Translations under genes and position numbers: made by a program
Shown: positions 1 to 11,927 of the stretch, piece after piece
Position numbering within the stretch: position 1 is the first letter of the stretch
How the letters are laid out: each line of letters starts with the position of its first letter
DNA from: Penicillus capitatus
Lineage: Eukaryota; Plantae; Chlorophyta
Length of the DNA stretch: 64,000 bases
Assembly (NCBI GenBank): GCA_965649825.1
Contig: OZ287708.1
Coordinates: 639,411 to 703,410, forward strand
Reading direction: 5' to 3'
Notes under the pieces: model-generated
Told to the model about the DNA's origin: nothing
Seen by the model: the letters and a program-made list of their open reading frames with translations, nothing else
Databases searched by the model: none

Positions 1-11
1 CCGAAGGACTG

Positions 12-1566
12 ATGAGAGACACGCTGCTGCTAGCTCCAATCGATGTTTATAACCCAATTGTACAGACCTGTTTCACGTGGCCACTGTTCTTTAATGCCGA
101 CCTCGACGCCAATCGACTCATCGCAGCGCTGAAAGCTCTTTTACGAAAATACCCCTGTCTCTGTGGAAGACTCCGCCCCCATAACGATTTGCGTTTCGTC
201 GTTGAGGTCTTTTCAAAAAGTCAGTGACGCCTTGGATGATTTGCTTTTGGTTAGATCGATCCGGAAGGAGAGACCCCTTGTTGGGTTCCGTTTATGGAAC
301 TGCAGTCGAACATGTCGATAACGAAAGCAATCACGAAACATAGCAAGCTCCGAAGCAAAACAGCAGATTTTCCAGTTCTTCCTGATGTGCAGTTCACGAT
401 GGACACAATCATAGATCATGAAAAACAGATCATGTATCAGTGGTCACTCTGTATCTTTATCCTGAGTTGTGAAGTTGTGCAGAGAAGAAGTTCCGATGGG
501 AAAGTTCCGATTAATACACTTTGCAGATGGCTGTTCATTGACGATAACGATTTCTCACGTTTTGATCGACGCCCAGCGCTGCATCGAAATGATGATCGAT
601 CTAGGCCGTGCTTACAGAGGCCTAGACGTCCCGGATCGCAATCACGATCGCTCTTGTTTATGGCCAGATCAATTAGCAAAGCATTACACTATCCCGGGAA
701 AAGAGATTGCCAATTTACCACGAGTCGCCTCTCGAAACAGAGAAAAGATTGTCTCTCATCAAAATCCCCAAGAAGGCTGCGTACAGGAGGCTCTTTATTT
801 CAGCAAGGTCATACAAGTGTGATATCAATTTGCCTTTCAATGGGTTGCGTAGGAGGTCGTGAACAAGATGAAGTCCATTGCCAGACCCTTTCTCGCAGAA
901 GGCGAATATCTCTCCACTAATGACGTACTTTCTGCTTTTGTACTGTTGCTCAAGTATGAAGTGAATGGAAGAATGAGTGAGGATGGGTCGCTTGATGTGA
1001 CAGATACTGTGGCCGCATGCTCAGTTGAGTGTCTCAAGAACGGCGTGCGTATTTTTCCAGAGAATTTTCTCGGTAACGGTTCGGTAGCTATACTCTTTTC
1101 CACACGGAGACTGGAAATCGAAGGCAGATCTCTATCCGAGATTTTTGTCGCTTTTGCCAAGATGGTGCGAAAAGGCATCACAGATTATAGACAACAGCCA
1201 GAGCTCCAGATTAATACGTTCTTAAGAACATACCACATGATTACGACAGGAAAGATGTCTTCGGCGATGGAATCGATTGTGTCTTTTGTGTCCAACGTGT
1301 CTCGTACACCGTGGAACGCTATCGATTTCGGCACAGGACCTCCAAGAATGGCAAAACTTACAAACCTGTTGCCGTTCAACGGCGTTCAGACAACAATTGG
1401 ACCTGCTCCTGGAGAAGACAATGGAGTCCTTGTGTACATGGTGTTCACTGAAAGCCAGTACGCTAAGTTCAAGAAATCGAGAGTGGTACAGACAATTGCC
1501 CCTGACATGAAGCTCTTCTACTCCGAAATCACCGCGGAGGAAGTGGATGCCATGCTCAACTCCTGA
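12..1566 (+). CDS. BAHD/HXXXD-type acyl-CoA-dependent acyltransferase (transferase family), multi-exon; 5' end may lie upstream of the window
   Basis: Three short GT-AG introns join ORFs 12-227, 294-, 469-822 and 859-1566. Catalytic HXXXD motif (SHVLIDA) and C-terminal DFGxG motif (IDFGTG) are present. Confidence 0.8.
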
Positions 1567-2429
1567 CGTCTGGCGAATGCAATATCTCTTTCTTGATCAT
1601 CCCTTTATTTCATTCTTTCTGTCGAAAGATTACCAAACAATCATCGCTCGTGGACGTGTTGGATCAAGAAACGTCACTGTCGAATGACAGGACGTTCACC
1701 CTATAAAACAACGTACTGATCGTCCTGTAAGAATACCCGTCTGGCTCTCCTCGCATCGCGGCCTCTAAGCGCGGACCAATCGCCGACCCTATCGGTCCTA
1801 ACAGACGATCGCACAATTGTGCCTGCGATTCGTGTGATGAATAAACATCTTATTGGACATCCACCATAAGTCACATCGTGCATCAGGTTGTCTTGTCATC
1901 ATTAGACATCTTGTAAACACAAAACGCATATGTCTTCGCCGAGTGTGCTTTGCTCGTGCGCCTCGATATCAGTCTTGGGTCCCGTTAGGGTCAGACAGTG
2001 ACATTCATGGTCCAATTACCTCATCAGAGTAGGTAAAATAAATACTGCCGGGATACGTTTCAGGCAAGCCGACAGTTAAGCCCGGCGGTGATGGATGAAA
2101 ATCACGATAGCATCCCTGTCGCAAAAGGGTTAGGTAGCAAGCAATGGTGTGATGACGACGGCAGAATTCGTGAATTAAAGATATCGGAGTTTATCTGACG
2201 AAGATCTGTCCTCGAAACTCGACTATCCACCTTGAAGTCGGTATCAAGAAATGGATGCACTGTGTTCGTCGATCACAGTCAGTGGAATCATCTCATTCGG
2301 AGTTTACTGCGTAGCTAAACGATCTAGCCTTTCGAACCGGAGAAAATGGAGCTGCACATATACCGTGATACAAAACGCAACACTCCGCCTCACTCCTGCA
2401 ATGTTCTGTCGTTATTTGGACATCCAATG

Positions 2430-2615
2430 TGAGCCGTTCGATCTGCTCGATGGCTGTCGGTCGGTTTCGATCTGCTCGATGGCTGTCCGATTAACGCATT
2501 TTAGATAACATCGATCCTCTTCGATTGTTCGAATAGTCTAGCGGACTTCGATTGCGTGCGATTAGATAATTATCAATATCGTTCTTTCACAGTGACACCA
2601 CAAATCGATTATGTG
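2430..2615 (+). repeat. Dispersed ATCGAT-rich repeat, copy A, with internal 29-bp tandem duplication (2437-2458 / 2466-2487)
   Basis: 2547-2588 matches the reverse complement of 16271-16312 at 35/42 nt. It also aligns with 20989-21020. Confidence 0.75.
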
Positions 2616-2622
2616 ATTTTAA

Positions 2623-4190
2623 CTATTTGGAATGCAGCGAAGCCACCAAACCGAATCGGCATTTCTCTTCGGGCAAAATGTACGCATCTCTAGCATCTTC
2701 CTTCTCGATGTTTTCCTTGCCTCTACGCGAGGCGACGTCTGTAGATTCCATCGACTTGGAAGAGGAGGATAGACTGTCAACTAATTTATCAAATCGTCCG
2801 GCGCTGTCGGTATCTGTTTCATTTATCGACGTCCATCTCTGTATATTGTTCTTCAAAATAAGGATGCCTTCGCGAATCGAATCCATCGTAGCAGAATCAT
2901 CAGAACGTTCCGCGAAAACTGAAGAACTTGAGCGTTGGATGCGTACGACACGATCAGGTGTTTCTCGTTTCATCTTTGTCAGACAACACCGCGATTGTGA
3001 TCGCGGTGTCGCCGACACCGTAGAAATTCGTCGATCATGCGACCTGTTTTCTCCTCCCCACTCATCTATCTCCTCTTCCGCAACTAGTCCTGCGATGGAG
3101 AAAAACCTTCGATGGTAACATACAGATGATCAGCACACCGAGGTTGTCGACGGGTCGTAAGCGATCCGTATGACGACGAAGAAGCGCTGTAGAGGAATGC
3201 TCTCTCGGTTCGATCATTTTATTCTTGTCTGTGATATCTGATTGGTCATCATCGTGAGAGACGGGCCTTCTATCTCTAAAATTCGAACTGTTGGCATCGC
3301 CGATCTCCTCCACTTCTGCAAAGCAGCGTTTCATGGATTCCGAAGGATCCTCAACGTAATCTTTTGTCTCCGGGATTCCAGTCAGCTGATCTGACAATCG
3401 CTGCGTCTCAACTGAGAGCACAGCCTATGTTGGCAACGAGAAGATGATTCGGAGAACCTCCTGTTCGTTGTTCCGTCAAACATGATTGCGAAATCATACT
3501 CCACGGCGTCGACAACAAAGCGTCCGTTTCATGCGAGCCGACGCCACTCTCAAATTCCTCTAAATCTGTATCCAGATAATGTTGGTAGCAACGCGTTCGC
3601 TTCAATTGGTCGATCTCAATTGTCTTAGCCGCGAGCAGATGTCTCAACCGCAGGATCTCTGCCTTGTATCTATACTCTTATCGATTCGTCTTTCATCGAC
3701 AGAACTCGACGAGAATGACGCACGCGGCAAGCACAGAAGATGCACTCGTCGTCAAGCGATCGTGTCTTCGTGTGCCCCTTCGAATCGAATCGTCTTGCGT
3801 ACTGCATGAGGCGTTGACACATGGGCTGTGCATTATTTCTGTATCGACAGCCACAGACTCTGTCATCGCACTCTTTAATCCTCAGCAGCAGCGCATTAAA
3901 GTCTGTTCATTACAGTCAAAGCATCCAAGTTTAGAACACGGGGACCGTATAACCAACCGTCTATCGTATCAGTCACGTCACGCGTCAGGAAGAGCTTCTC
4001 TTCGTAGATCTAGTCTCGCATTGCTTTCTTCTCGCTCGGTTTTTAGCGAAAGCACTCTTTTCTCCGTCGAGATGAGTATTCGAGATGGCGTTCGAAATGA
4101 AGGATGGAATGTCAGGCATTGAGAGATTCCTACCCTCTTATATTACTCGGATGCATGAGGAAAGGGGCGACGTCGAACTCCATTCCACAC
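2623..4190 (-). CDS. Hypothetical multi-exon, Ser/charged-rich protein; 5' exons uncertain
   Basis: Consecutive minus-strand ORFs 3408-3647, 3062-3421 and 2623-3018 have protein-like composition and intron-sized gaps. No recognisable domain. Confidence 0.4.
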
Positions 4191-5252
4191 GTCTTATCCC
4201 CCTCTTCGCCCTTCGTCCTCCACGCGAAGCGCCATCATTATCACCACATGACGGCGTTCTGTGGTTTTCTTAAATAATAACCAATCGAAGCGCGACGTTA
4301 AGTAATGTTTGCCAAGTTCTACGCAGAGTATGGCCGGCGTCCTCATGTGACTCTATCGAACCGGGACAATCGGGTTAGAGCTCGCTCATATCGTAGTGAC
4401 GTTTTTTATCGTGGCGATCACGCGTTTCGATTCTAGCCAAAGGATTCTTTATATTTTTCAGTCCACGTGTCATGCACGACATCATCATGGGCTTTTCATA
4501 GACTACACCTCTCCGCAAAGGCAATTGCGTGCCGGTGTCGTCATCATTCTCATCGACGGATGTTTTTTTTTCTTAAAACGCTGCATTAACGAACGGAGTC
4601 ATGCTCTACCGATCACATCTTATCGGTTTGTCGGTGGCAGTATGTCAACCGCAAAGTGATCGCATGACATCGGTCTCGATCCTATCTTCTTCGCATGCAC
4701 ACGCATTGGACAAATCACGGATGCATTTATTAGCAGAGATATGGATCGGATCTGTTGAACGGTGTGTAGAGCGGCATCTCTGACGAGACAAGAGAAGGAA
4801 ACAGAAATACAATCCGGATAATGTGACACGAACAGGCGAGAAGAGAATCGTCAGATTGCTCAAATCGCATCTGTTCCTTCATGGATACACCTGTCACATC
4901 ATTCTCTATGGCATAATAACAGCGTCTTAATATTCGCAGAACAGATGTTTCTCTTAACAAACACTAGCACAAAACAGGATGGGGTCAAATCTGTAGAGTC
5001 AACAGCTTATCCTATTCTCCAACAGGTAACAGAAATGCATGAGGACCCGCGGTCTGCACTTCTTTGTTTATGTTAGGTTAGGTAAGTACGTAGGGTATAC
5101 GCTCATGTGTACAGCAATCAAGCAAGCAAACATACATGCGTAGACAACTGCATGCCTCTTTCCATTCGGAAACTCTTGGGAGGCTACAAAAACCACAAAC
5201 AAGCTGATATGCGTGCGTGTGTACATGCGTTGATACACAATGGACATTATCA

Positions 5253-6590
5253 TCAGGATACCGATAATCCTTGAAGACCGCTTCCGATAATGTAGGCACT
5301 GTTGTTCTGATAAACTGCCGTTGGCCTCGGAATTCCCAAGAAGTCTTTATTCTGATGTCCCACAGCATTTGTATTATATAGTGGCTGTGTTAGTGGGCTA
5401 GACGACAACAGCATTTTCCCTTTATATGGACAATCCTCTGTCTGTCGCCGAATGCCGCGTGTTTCGTTCACGACAGAGAGATTGAGATAACAGTTCAGAG
5501 TGTGAGGATGCCCTTTGCCCAGAGAAGATTGCAGCAAAACTAATGCGCTCATGCACAGAAACAACGCTTCTTTGTAATTCCCTTGACGATACAACGAGAA
5601 CGCCAACCATTCCATCGAATCCGCCAACAACGGATTATTTCCGCCTACATACAAAGCACACACACATACACACATTGCCAAACGTCACATCAGAGAACAC
5701 ATGCCTACCTATGCATCTGATACCAATACATAGCGCTCTTCTATGTAAGATTTCAGCTTCGCATTGATAATCCAGTCCGTTCAACTGACAAGCCACTAGA
5801 CTCAACAGGTATGCGATATACATGTTCTCTGTATAAGCCGTCGACTTGACAGTCTGTGACAAACATCGCGAGATGGCGCCGGATGGTCCCTTACTCACCA
5901 CTTCCAGCAAGGCCATCAACGATGTGACAGCCTTCACCAATTTTTGCCATTTTTCACAACAAAATTCACACGGGTTACCTTTCGAATTCTGTTTATTCCC
6001 AATTCGCATTCAAGCACATTATCGTACTCCGTAAACGGAACTCTACAGAAAGACCATCCTCCGTCACATTCTCACACAAACGAATCGGAGAGTCACACTT
6101 CCACAACTCGTGGAAATTTCTCGGGTTATACGCATATCGATGAGGTTGAGATTGATGGTTTCCGAGCTGTGTGCCAGCAGACACGACCAAAGCTGCTGAG
6201 TTGATCATACTCTTCACGAAGAATCTCCCGTACCTGCAGAGGAACCCCGAATCTGTCATTCTCGTCGCCTCGCTGCGGAGCCTGTTTACTATGTCGTTCA
6301 ATTCGTGTGTCACATAAGAGTCTTTCGCTTTCGACAAAAAAAGGTGTCCGAAGCGAATACCTGCGACTTAGGCCAAATTGGAACCCAATGAAGAGAACGC
6401 AACAGAAACGAAAACCTTCAGTAAACGTAGCGATCTTTGAATGTGTCGTGCATTGTATTACAATGGACCTCATCAATGATGTCGATCATCCGATCTCATG
6501 ACTTTGTAACGCCCACTCCTCTTCATCATACGATGGAGTGACGAACGCATTTGTGTCTTCGATGGCGATGGCGATCGATGCCATCGTCAT
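5253..6590 (-). CDS. TPR protein (kinesin light chain / TPR_12-like repeats), multi-exon; both ends uncertain
   Basis: TPR_12-like motifs LADSMEWLAFSLYRQGNYKEALFLCMSALVLLQSSLGKGHPHTLNCYLNL and AEILHRRALCI in ORFs 5253-5681 and 5635-6009. Confidence 0.55.
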
Positions 6591-6714
6591 CGATGACGAA
6601 CAACTCAAAAAAGAAAACAGAATGGTTATGGCAAAATTCTGTGGTGGATGTTGATCTGTGTGTGCCGGGGTCATGTACATCCATCGTTTTATGCAAAACT
6701 GTAACGAGCAGTGT

Positions 6715-8158
6715 TCAGCTGGTCGATCTCTTCGACCTCGTCAGTCGAGACAACAGGCCACAGAAGAACGGTTTGCGAGTGTATTGTTCAACTTCTGCCT
6801 CTCTATAGACGATCGCTGTGGCAGGAGTGATCGACCCGCCGCTCTGTTCTTTGTTGATAATGTCAGTGGTCTGATCGCGCGGAATCTTTGCCGCAGAGAT
6901 ATTGTCTTCAGCAGGAGGTGTCTTTGGCATCACCATGACATCTGATTCGTCATGTCCGTAGCCAAGGCGCACGGCTTCCTGTGCCGCCTGACGTGCGACT
7001 TCTGCAATTTGATTCGGGTGCACACGATGTCTTTCTTCGGCGATCTGTTCCTGGCGGCGCATCGCTGCGCTGGCGGCCAGAACGGCCAGTTCATACGCTC
7101 GGCGACGGTTTGGACGGACTTCTGCTCCAAGACCGCGTCGAATAGCAAAACTTGCGGCATCGCGAGCGACCGTCGCAAGAAACTCTTTGCGTTCCGTCAT
7201 CTGACCTTCTGCGACGGCCTCATCGGCGAGACCACGTTGAATGGCCGCCCCGGCTGCCATGCGGGCCACCTCAGCAACCAGTTCAGACGGTGGCTCAGGG
7301 TGATCGATCAGTTGATGATCGATCGCAAACTGTGCCACTTCCTGAGCCGTCTTGAAATCGTTCTCATCGACATCCGCTGGACGCTTTGCGCTTTTCTTGA
7401 GTGCAGCCTCCGCTGCTGACTTCGAAATGTCGGACAGCGTTCGCAATGTACTGACGGATGGTCTTTCAAATCCGTGTCCCTGTTGCAGAGCCGCACTTGC
7501 CACCAAGGTCGCCACTTTCTGACGTTCGTGATCGTGCTCGGCATCGTGCACCGCACGATCTTCCGCAGCTAGGAGCTTCTGAATCGCAGCACTGGCGGCA
7601 TGTCTCGCCACCTCGGCCAAATCGTTAAGCGTTGGATCGTGACGCTCATCTGGCACAAGTTTACGCTGAATCGCAGCATCTGCTGCCGCTTCCGCTAAGG
7701 ACGATACCTGAGGACAAAATCTTTTCACTCTTTTGCCGGATACAGGTATCACACACTTTCTTTAGGGCGGAGGTATCGACAACGTCTTCTCCAAAATGGT
7801 GTTGCATAGCAGAACTCGCAGCCAAAATCGATAATTCCTGCAGTCGCGATTTCTGTTGGTCCGTCACGTTGGGTTCGCATTCGTCTCGTGCCATTCCTTT
7901 TTGTATGGCAGCCGAGGCCGCGTCCAGAGCAACCGCATGCAATTGCGCAAAGGTCACCGGCGCCAAGTCTTCTCCCTTAATCAGGCCCTTCTTTACAGCC
8001 ACCTCCGCGACCTCTTTCGCCACGGAATTGCGCCTCTGTAATAACCCGAAGTCGACTTCCGTCTCGCTGACGTCTTCTCCAAGTCCGTGCTGAATAGCGG
8101 CGCCTGCAACACGCGCCGCCAGTTCCGCTCTCTGATGCTTCCTCTCTTCTGTCTCCAT
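6715..8158 (-). CDS. Uncharacterised Ala-rich helical repeat protein (~464 aa, 13 repeats)
   Basis: ORFs 7661-8158 and 6715-7752 join in frame across a 49-nt GT-AG intron (7708-7756; ALKK|VSSLAE). The motif [ED]xAxxAAxAA[ILM][QR]xG[LM] recurs. Confidence 0.8.
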
Positions 8159-8340
8159 AGAATCGTTGATGTTATGGACTCGTGCGTTTCGGCTATAGAT
8201 GCGTTTCGTTCGTTACGTTCAGATGTTCGTTTGTCGACTGTTCGTATAGACAGCGCAGCACGCGTCAGTCTGACATATGCATCATCATCAACAGAACTAA
8301 TGGTCTACGATTGAACACATCGAATCTGACTTGTCTTCAT

Positions 8341-10040
8341 TCAGAATACTCCAGGAATGATCATGAATGGCACAAGACTACAGTATGCCGCCCAATAATC
8401 GCCATACTTGACCCTGCACCTTTCGTCATCTCGATAAGCGCGATCCAGTAGCAGCAGTGTCAAGTAGACGACATAAAAGTATTGCAATCCCTATGACAAG
8501 CGCACCCTGTTACCGCATAAGTATCGACAGGCACCTCACGTTGTTGAATAACCCAGTTGCTGTCCACAAGAATGACGCGAGAATTTCTGGCACATAATGA
8601 AAATGCCGAGCGACGCCCCACCTAAAGTCGCAGATAATGAACATTGCTGAAGAAGACATCGATCGCACCATCCTGACGCCAAGAGTAGTGTCTGCTTCTG
8701 ACCGTTTCCTGTTTCGTAAACCGCATTGATCTTGCGTGGCGGTTTTCCCCAGATCAATAACTTCCCATTCAACTGGCGGAAAGTCTGTGTCAATGAGCAC
8801 ACAATGGCTCTCGGCCGTCACACTCTGCGGAATTGTGCTAACCTGGCGTTGACGATCGACGTCGTAGTTGACATAGATGCACAACAGCCCACATATCAAG
8901 ATTGAAGCAGCCAGGGGTAAGCCAAGCTTCACAGGGTTCTTCACCAGATAGAGAGCTGGTGATGTGTATATGCCAGGTACCCAAGTAAGACATCCCCAGC
9001 AAAGATAATATCCAGCTCGATCGTGTGCAATATCCATCGAGCTCCAGTAACCAGTTTCCCACAAGAAGAATTTGAAAACGTAGATCTCCATCAGAGCCAC
9101 CGAAATCACCATAGAGTCAGCAACGTAGCCATACATCTCGTATTGTTTGGCTGCATAGCAGAGAATGAGGACGGCCCAACTCATCATACCCATACGACAG
9201 TTTGTCCATGTCTTGATATCAAACCACTTACCGATTCTTGGATACAACTCCATCCCTGAAGGCATAAAGTGTGACAAAGTGAGTGAGAGCTAATAAGAGA
9301 GGAGTGTGACAAACCCCAATAAAAATCGTAAACAAAGCTTCCAGTGGAGCCAGAGTCAGAAGAGGAAGGAAATAGATGCCCCTTGATGTGCAACAATGCA
9401 CACAGTGCCAAGCTGAAGATGTTCAGCGCGCTCAGAATCTCTCCAAACATATCGTAGATCCGAGCAGGCGAGAAAGCATTGCTCCACCAGCCAATGGCAA
9501 ACAGCAGCAGAGTCGCCAGCAATGACTGGACACCATTTGCCTAGAAGCAGCCACATATTCCCATGTCTCAAAACCGTACTCATATCTCGACGTTCTACCG
9601 TGTATATCGGCGTGTTGCCCTTTGGCGTAATGGGTCCATTCACACGCTTTCCAGGCAAAAATAGTTGAAAGGCAGCCTGGATCAAACCAAAAATACCGAT
9701 GGCGAATACTGCCTCTCGACTAGGCAGCGTATAGAAGGCGCGCAGGAACGCGAAACCTTCCTCCTGCACCTTGGTATAGAAGTCCGTCACGGATCCGGCG
9801 AATTGAGTATGCACCACACATCTGCAGCAACCGTTAAGACCCACCCACCAATCTCAAAAGAGATCTGCCTTACACAAGCATCGTAAACATAGGAGCGCCG
9901 AACATCAAGGCGAAGACGCCTGTCAGTGCAAGGGTCTCTCCCTTGATCCCCGTGATACCCCAGACGGTCGGGCGTCTTCGTGCGCCATGGTTGTCAGCCC
10001 ACGTCTTTGTCGCCATGTTCGCGGCGGTCATCTTCGCCAT
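8341..10040 (-). CDS. DHCR7: 7-dehydrocholesterol / sterol delta-7 reductase (DWF5-like, ERG4/ERG24 family), multi-exon
   Basis: Signature MDIAHDRAGYYLCWGCLTWVPGIYT; also GPITPKGNTPIYT, ARHFHYVPEI and the C-terminal LDRAYRDDERCRVKYG...IIPGVF*. Confidence 0.93.
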
Positions 10041-10042
10041 CG

Positions 10043-10999
10043 ATGCAAATGGCACTGTTCAATTTGCTAAGTTGTATCGCCTTGTGTTTTCTCCCTCACG
10101 TTTTGTATTACTACGCGACACCACTGTGAGACAAGTCTTTGGCCGGAAGCTCGATCGGCAGACGTGTTTGTCAGGGCGGAGTTCGGTGTTCTGAGAACTG
10201 TTGGTCAAGCTTTGTTCTTTAATGCTGCAACCTCTGCTTTTAAAGTCTGAATGATTAAGTAGATGATAATTGAGGATTCGTATGTAGGTCGTCCTGCTTG
10301 CATGTCTGCTTCCTGGAACAGAACTGACGAAGCAGGATTTTTGGCAGGTGCCGTCGTGTTCATTCTAGCACTGCTGCCAAGAGATGACTGGTTGGTTGGG
10401 CAGGACGTGGCCCAAGTGATTGTCGGCTTGACAGATTTGCTGGGGCTGTACTTAGCACTGACACAGAAATGGACACACAAGAGCATTTCCAACGAGCACC
10501 GATTTCAAGCGGTGGGATTGGGATGGTCGTTCGGTGACAGTCTGTTGCGGCGTTTGATGCCCATGTGGGTCACAGGCTTCACTCCTGAATTCTCCATCGA
10601 CAATGTCATCGAAGCAATTCGATCCAACATCGTCATGGTAATCACCAATCGCACCATCTCAGTCTATGGTGCTAACCAGGGATGGTACAGGTACACTCCA
10701 TAACCTTCGCCGCCGTCGGTACACTTGTTTTCAACAAGCGCATTCGACGAGGACCGTTTGCTGTCGTCTACAAACTCGTCTTACTCCTCCTTACCCTTCT
10801 GCCACTGATCTTTACGTGCGTGAGATCCAACAGCCTGATGATGTAGATGGAGATGGAGGCTGGCCATGATGACAGGTATGTGGAGAAATCTCGGAATTGG
10901 ACGGGATTTCACGCTCTGGGCTTCGAAGCCATCGTGACGATCGTTTCAGCACTCATCTGCTGGGAGCTGAACACAAATGCCCAAAAGAAAACGACATAA
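10043..10999 (+). CDS. TMEM147: Transmembrane protein 147 (BOS/multipass translocon subunit), multi-exon; start ATG at 10043 or 10049
   Basis: Spliced N-terminus MALFNLLSCIALCFLPHVLYYYAT resembles the family MTxFHFFNC...PHxVYY start. The core TDLLGLYLAL...QAVGLGWSFGDSLLRRLMPMWV...EF..NI is present. Confidence 0.85.
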
Positions 11000-11157
11000 T
11001 TGACAACCATCCATCCATTGCCACGCATTTAAGGAGATGGCATTCGCTCGCGTTTGCCATTTGCGTTTAAGCGTGTCGTAGACTTTTCGCATCGGTCGCG
11101 ATTTTTATTCTGCCATCCCCTTATTCTGCATTCGTCTTCATCTTTTACGTAACGAGA

Positions 11158-11898
11158 ATGAGTCATGAACATCCAACGCTGAGCCGCACGTCGGCGCCTC
11201 CCCCTCAGTTGGCGCGTTCAGAAACAGAGGAGTCGCAGCGCGATGGATATTCTTCGAGGCGCCTGCAGCGAACGTCAACATACTCGGACCTGACACGGGA
11301 ATCTCTCCGAGCATATCTAGAGAAAAGAGGAGCAGGTCTTCAGCGTTCTTCCGTCCGAGCAGCGCATGAACTGGCTCGTCGCAGCGAACATCCATTAGCC
11401 TGCACGGTCAGCGTGCGTCTTACCGAACGCAAAACGGGAGGACATGTCTACTACAAATACGACGGCTCACGTTTTCAGCATGCTGATGCCACAGTCAAAG
11501 TTGTTAAAGGAATCACGTATGATGTGCACGTGGTTGTCAAACCGTCCATCGACATCGTCGGTAACGTCCTGTATTTTCGAAGCATGACTGCTCCAGATGA
11601 AGAGCGCTCCAGTGTCATTTACGTCGACAAAAACCGCAAAGACTCGAAGGAGTTGTTGGGAACATGGAAGTGTGACTATGAGATTGGAAAGAAGGGACAG
11701 CGCTCAGAAGTGGTCATCACCGGTCATCTGGCGCATTTCGGAGAGTTTGCTGTGCCTGTGATGACGAAAGTCTATGCACAGGGTCAGAAACATGCCGTTC
11801 AGGGATTCAAATTAAGATGGGTTGTCTTCGAATTGAAGCGCAAACAAGACATCCACACGGGCATGTGTCAGTTAGACTCTGTACGATACATGAGCTAG
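11158..11898 (+). CDS. CNRIP1: CB1 cannabinoid receptor-interacting protein 1 (CRIP1a/CNRIP1) family protein, intronless, with a Ser/Arg-rich N-terminal extension
   Basis: VYYKYDGSRF...TVKVVKGITYDVHVVVKP and GKKGQRSEVVITGHLAHFGEFAVPVMTKVY parallel CNRIP1 VFFKVDGQRF...TIKLLTGSSYKVEVKIKP and [30 protein letters not shown] (recalled from memory). Confidence 0.72.
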   Translation: MSHEHPTLSRTSAPPPQLARSETEESQRDGYSSRRLQRTSTYSDLTRESLRAYLEKRGAGLQRSSVRAAHELARRSEHPLACTVSVRLTERKTGGHVYYKYDGSRFQHADATVKVVKGITYDVHVVVKPSIDIVGNVLYFRSMTAPDEERSSVIYVDKNRKDSKELLGTWKCDYEIGKKGQRSEVVITGHLAHFGEFAVPVMTKVYAQGQKHAVQGFKLRWVVFELKRKQDIHTGMCQLDSVRYMS

Positions 11899-11927
11899 AT
11901 CTCTCCCGACGATGAGGAAGCAAAATA

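Noticed and set aside
2000-2030. Hammerhead ribozyme core (minus-strand CTGATGAG at 2027-2020)
   Set aside because: The short stem is followed by ATGAAT rather than the required GAAA, and stems I and III are not evident.
2149-2208. Second C/D snoRNA (GTGATGA ... CTGA)
   Set aside because: No terminal stem, no convincing C'/D' boxes and no rRNA complementarity that I could recognise.
5073-5090. Telomere-like TTAGG repeats / U1 snRNA 5' end (ACTTACCT)
   Set aside because: Only two TTAGG units are present, and the U1 match is 8 nt with no U1 body following.
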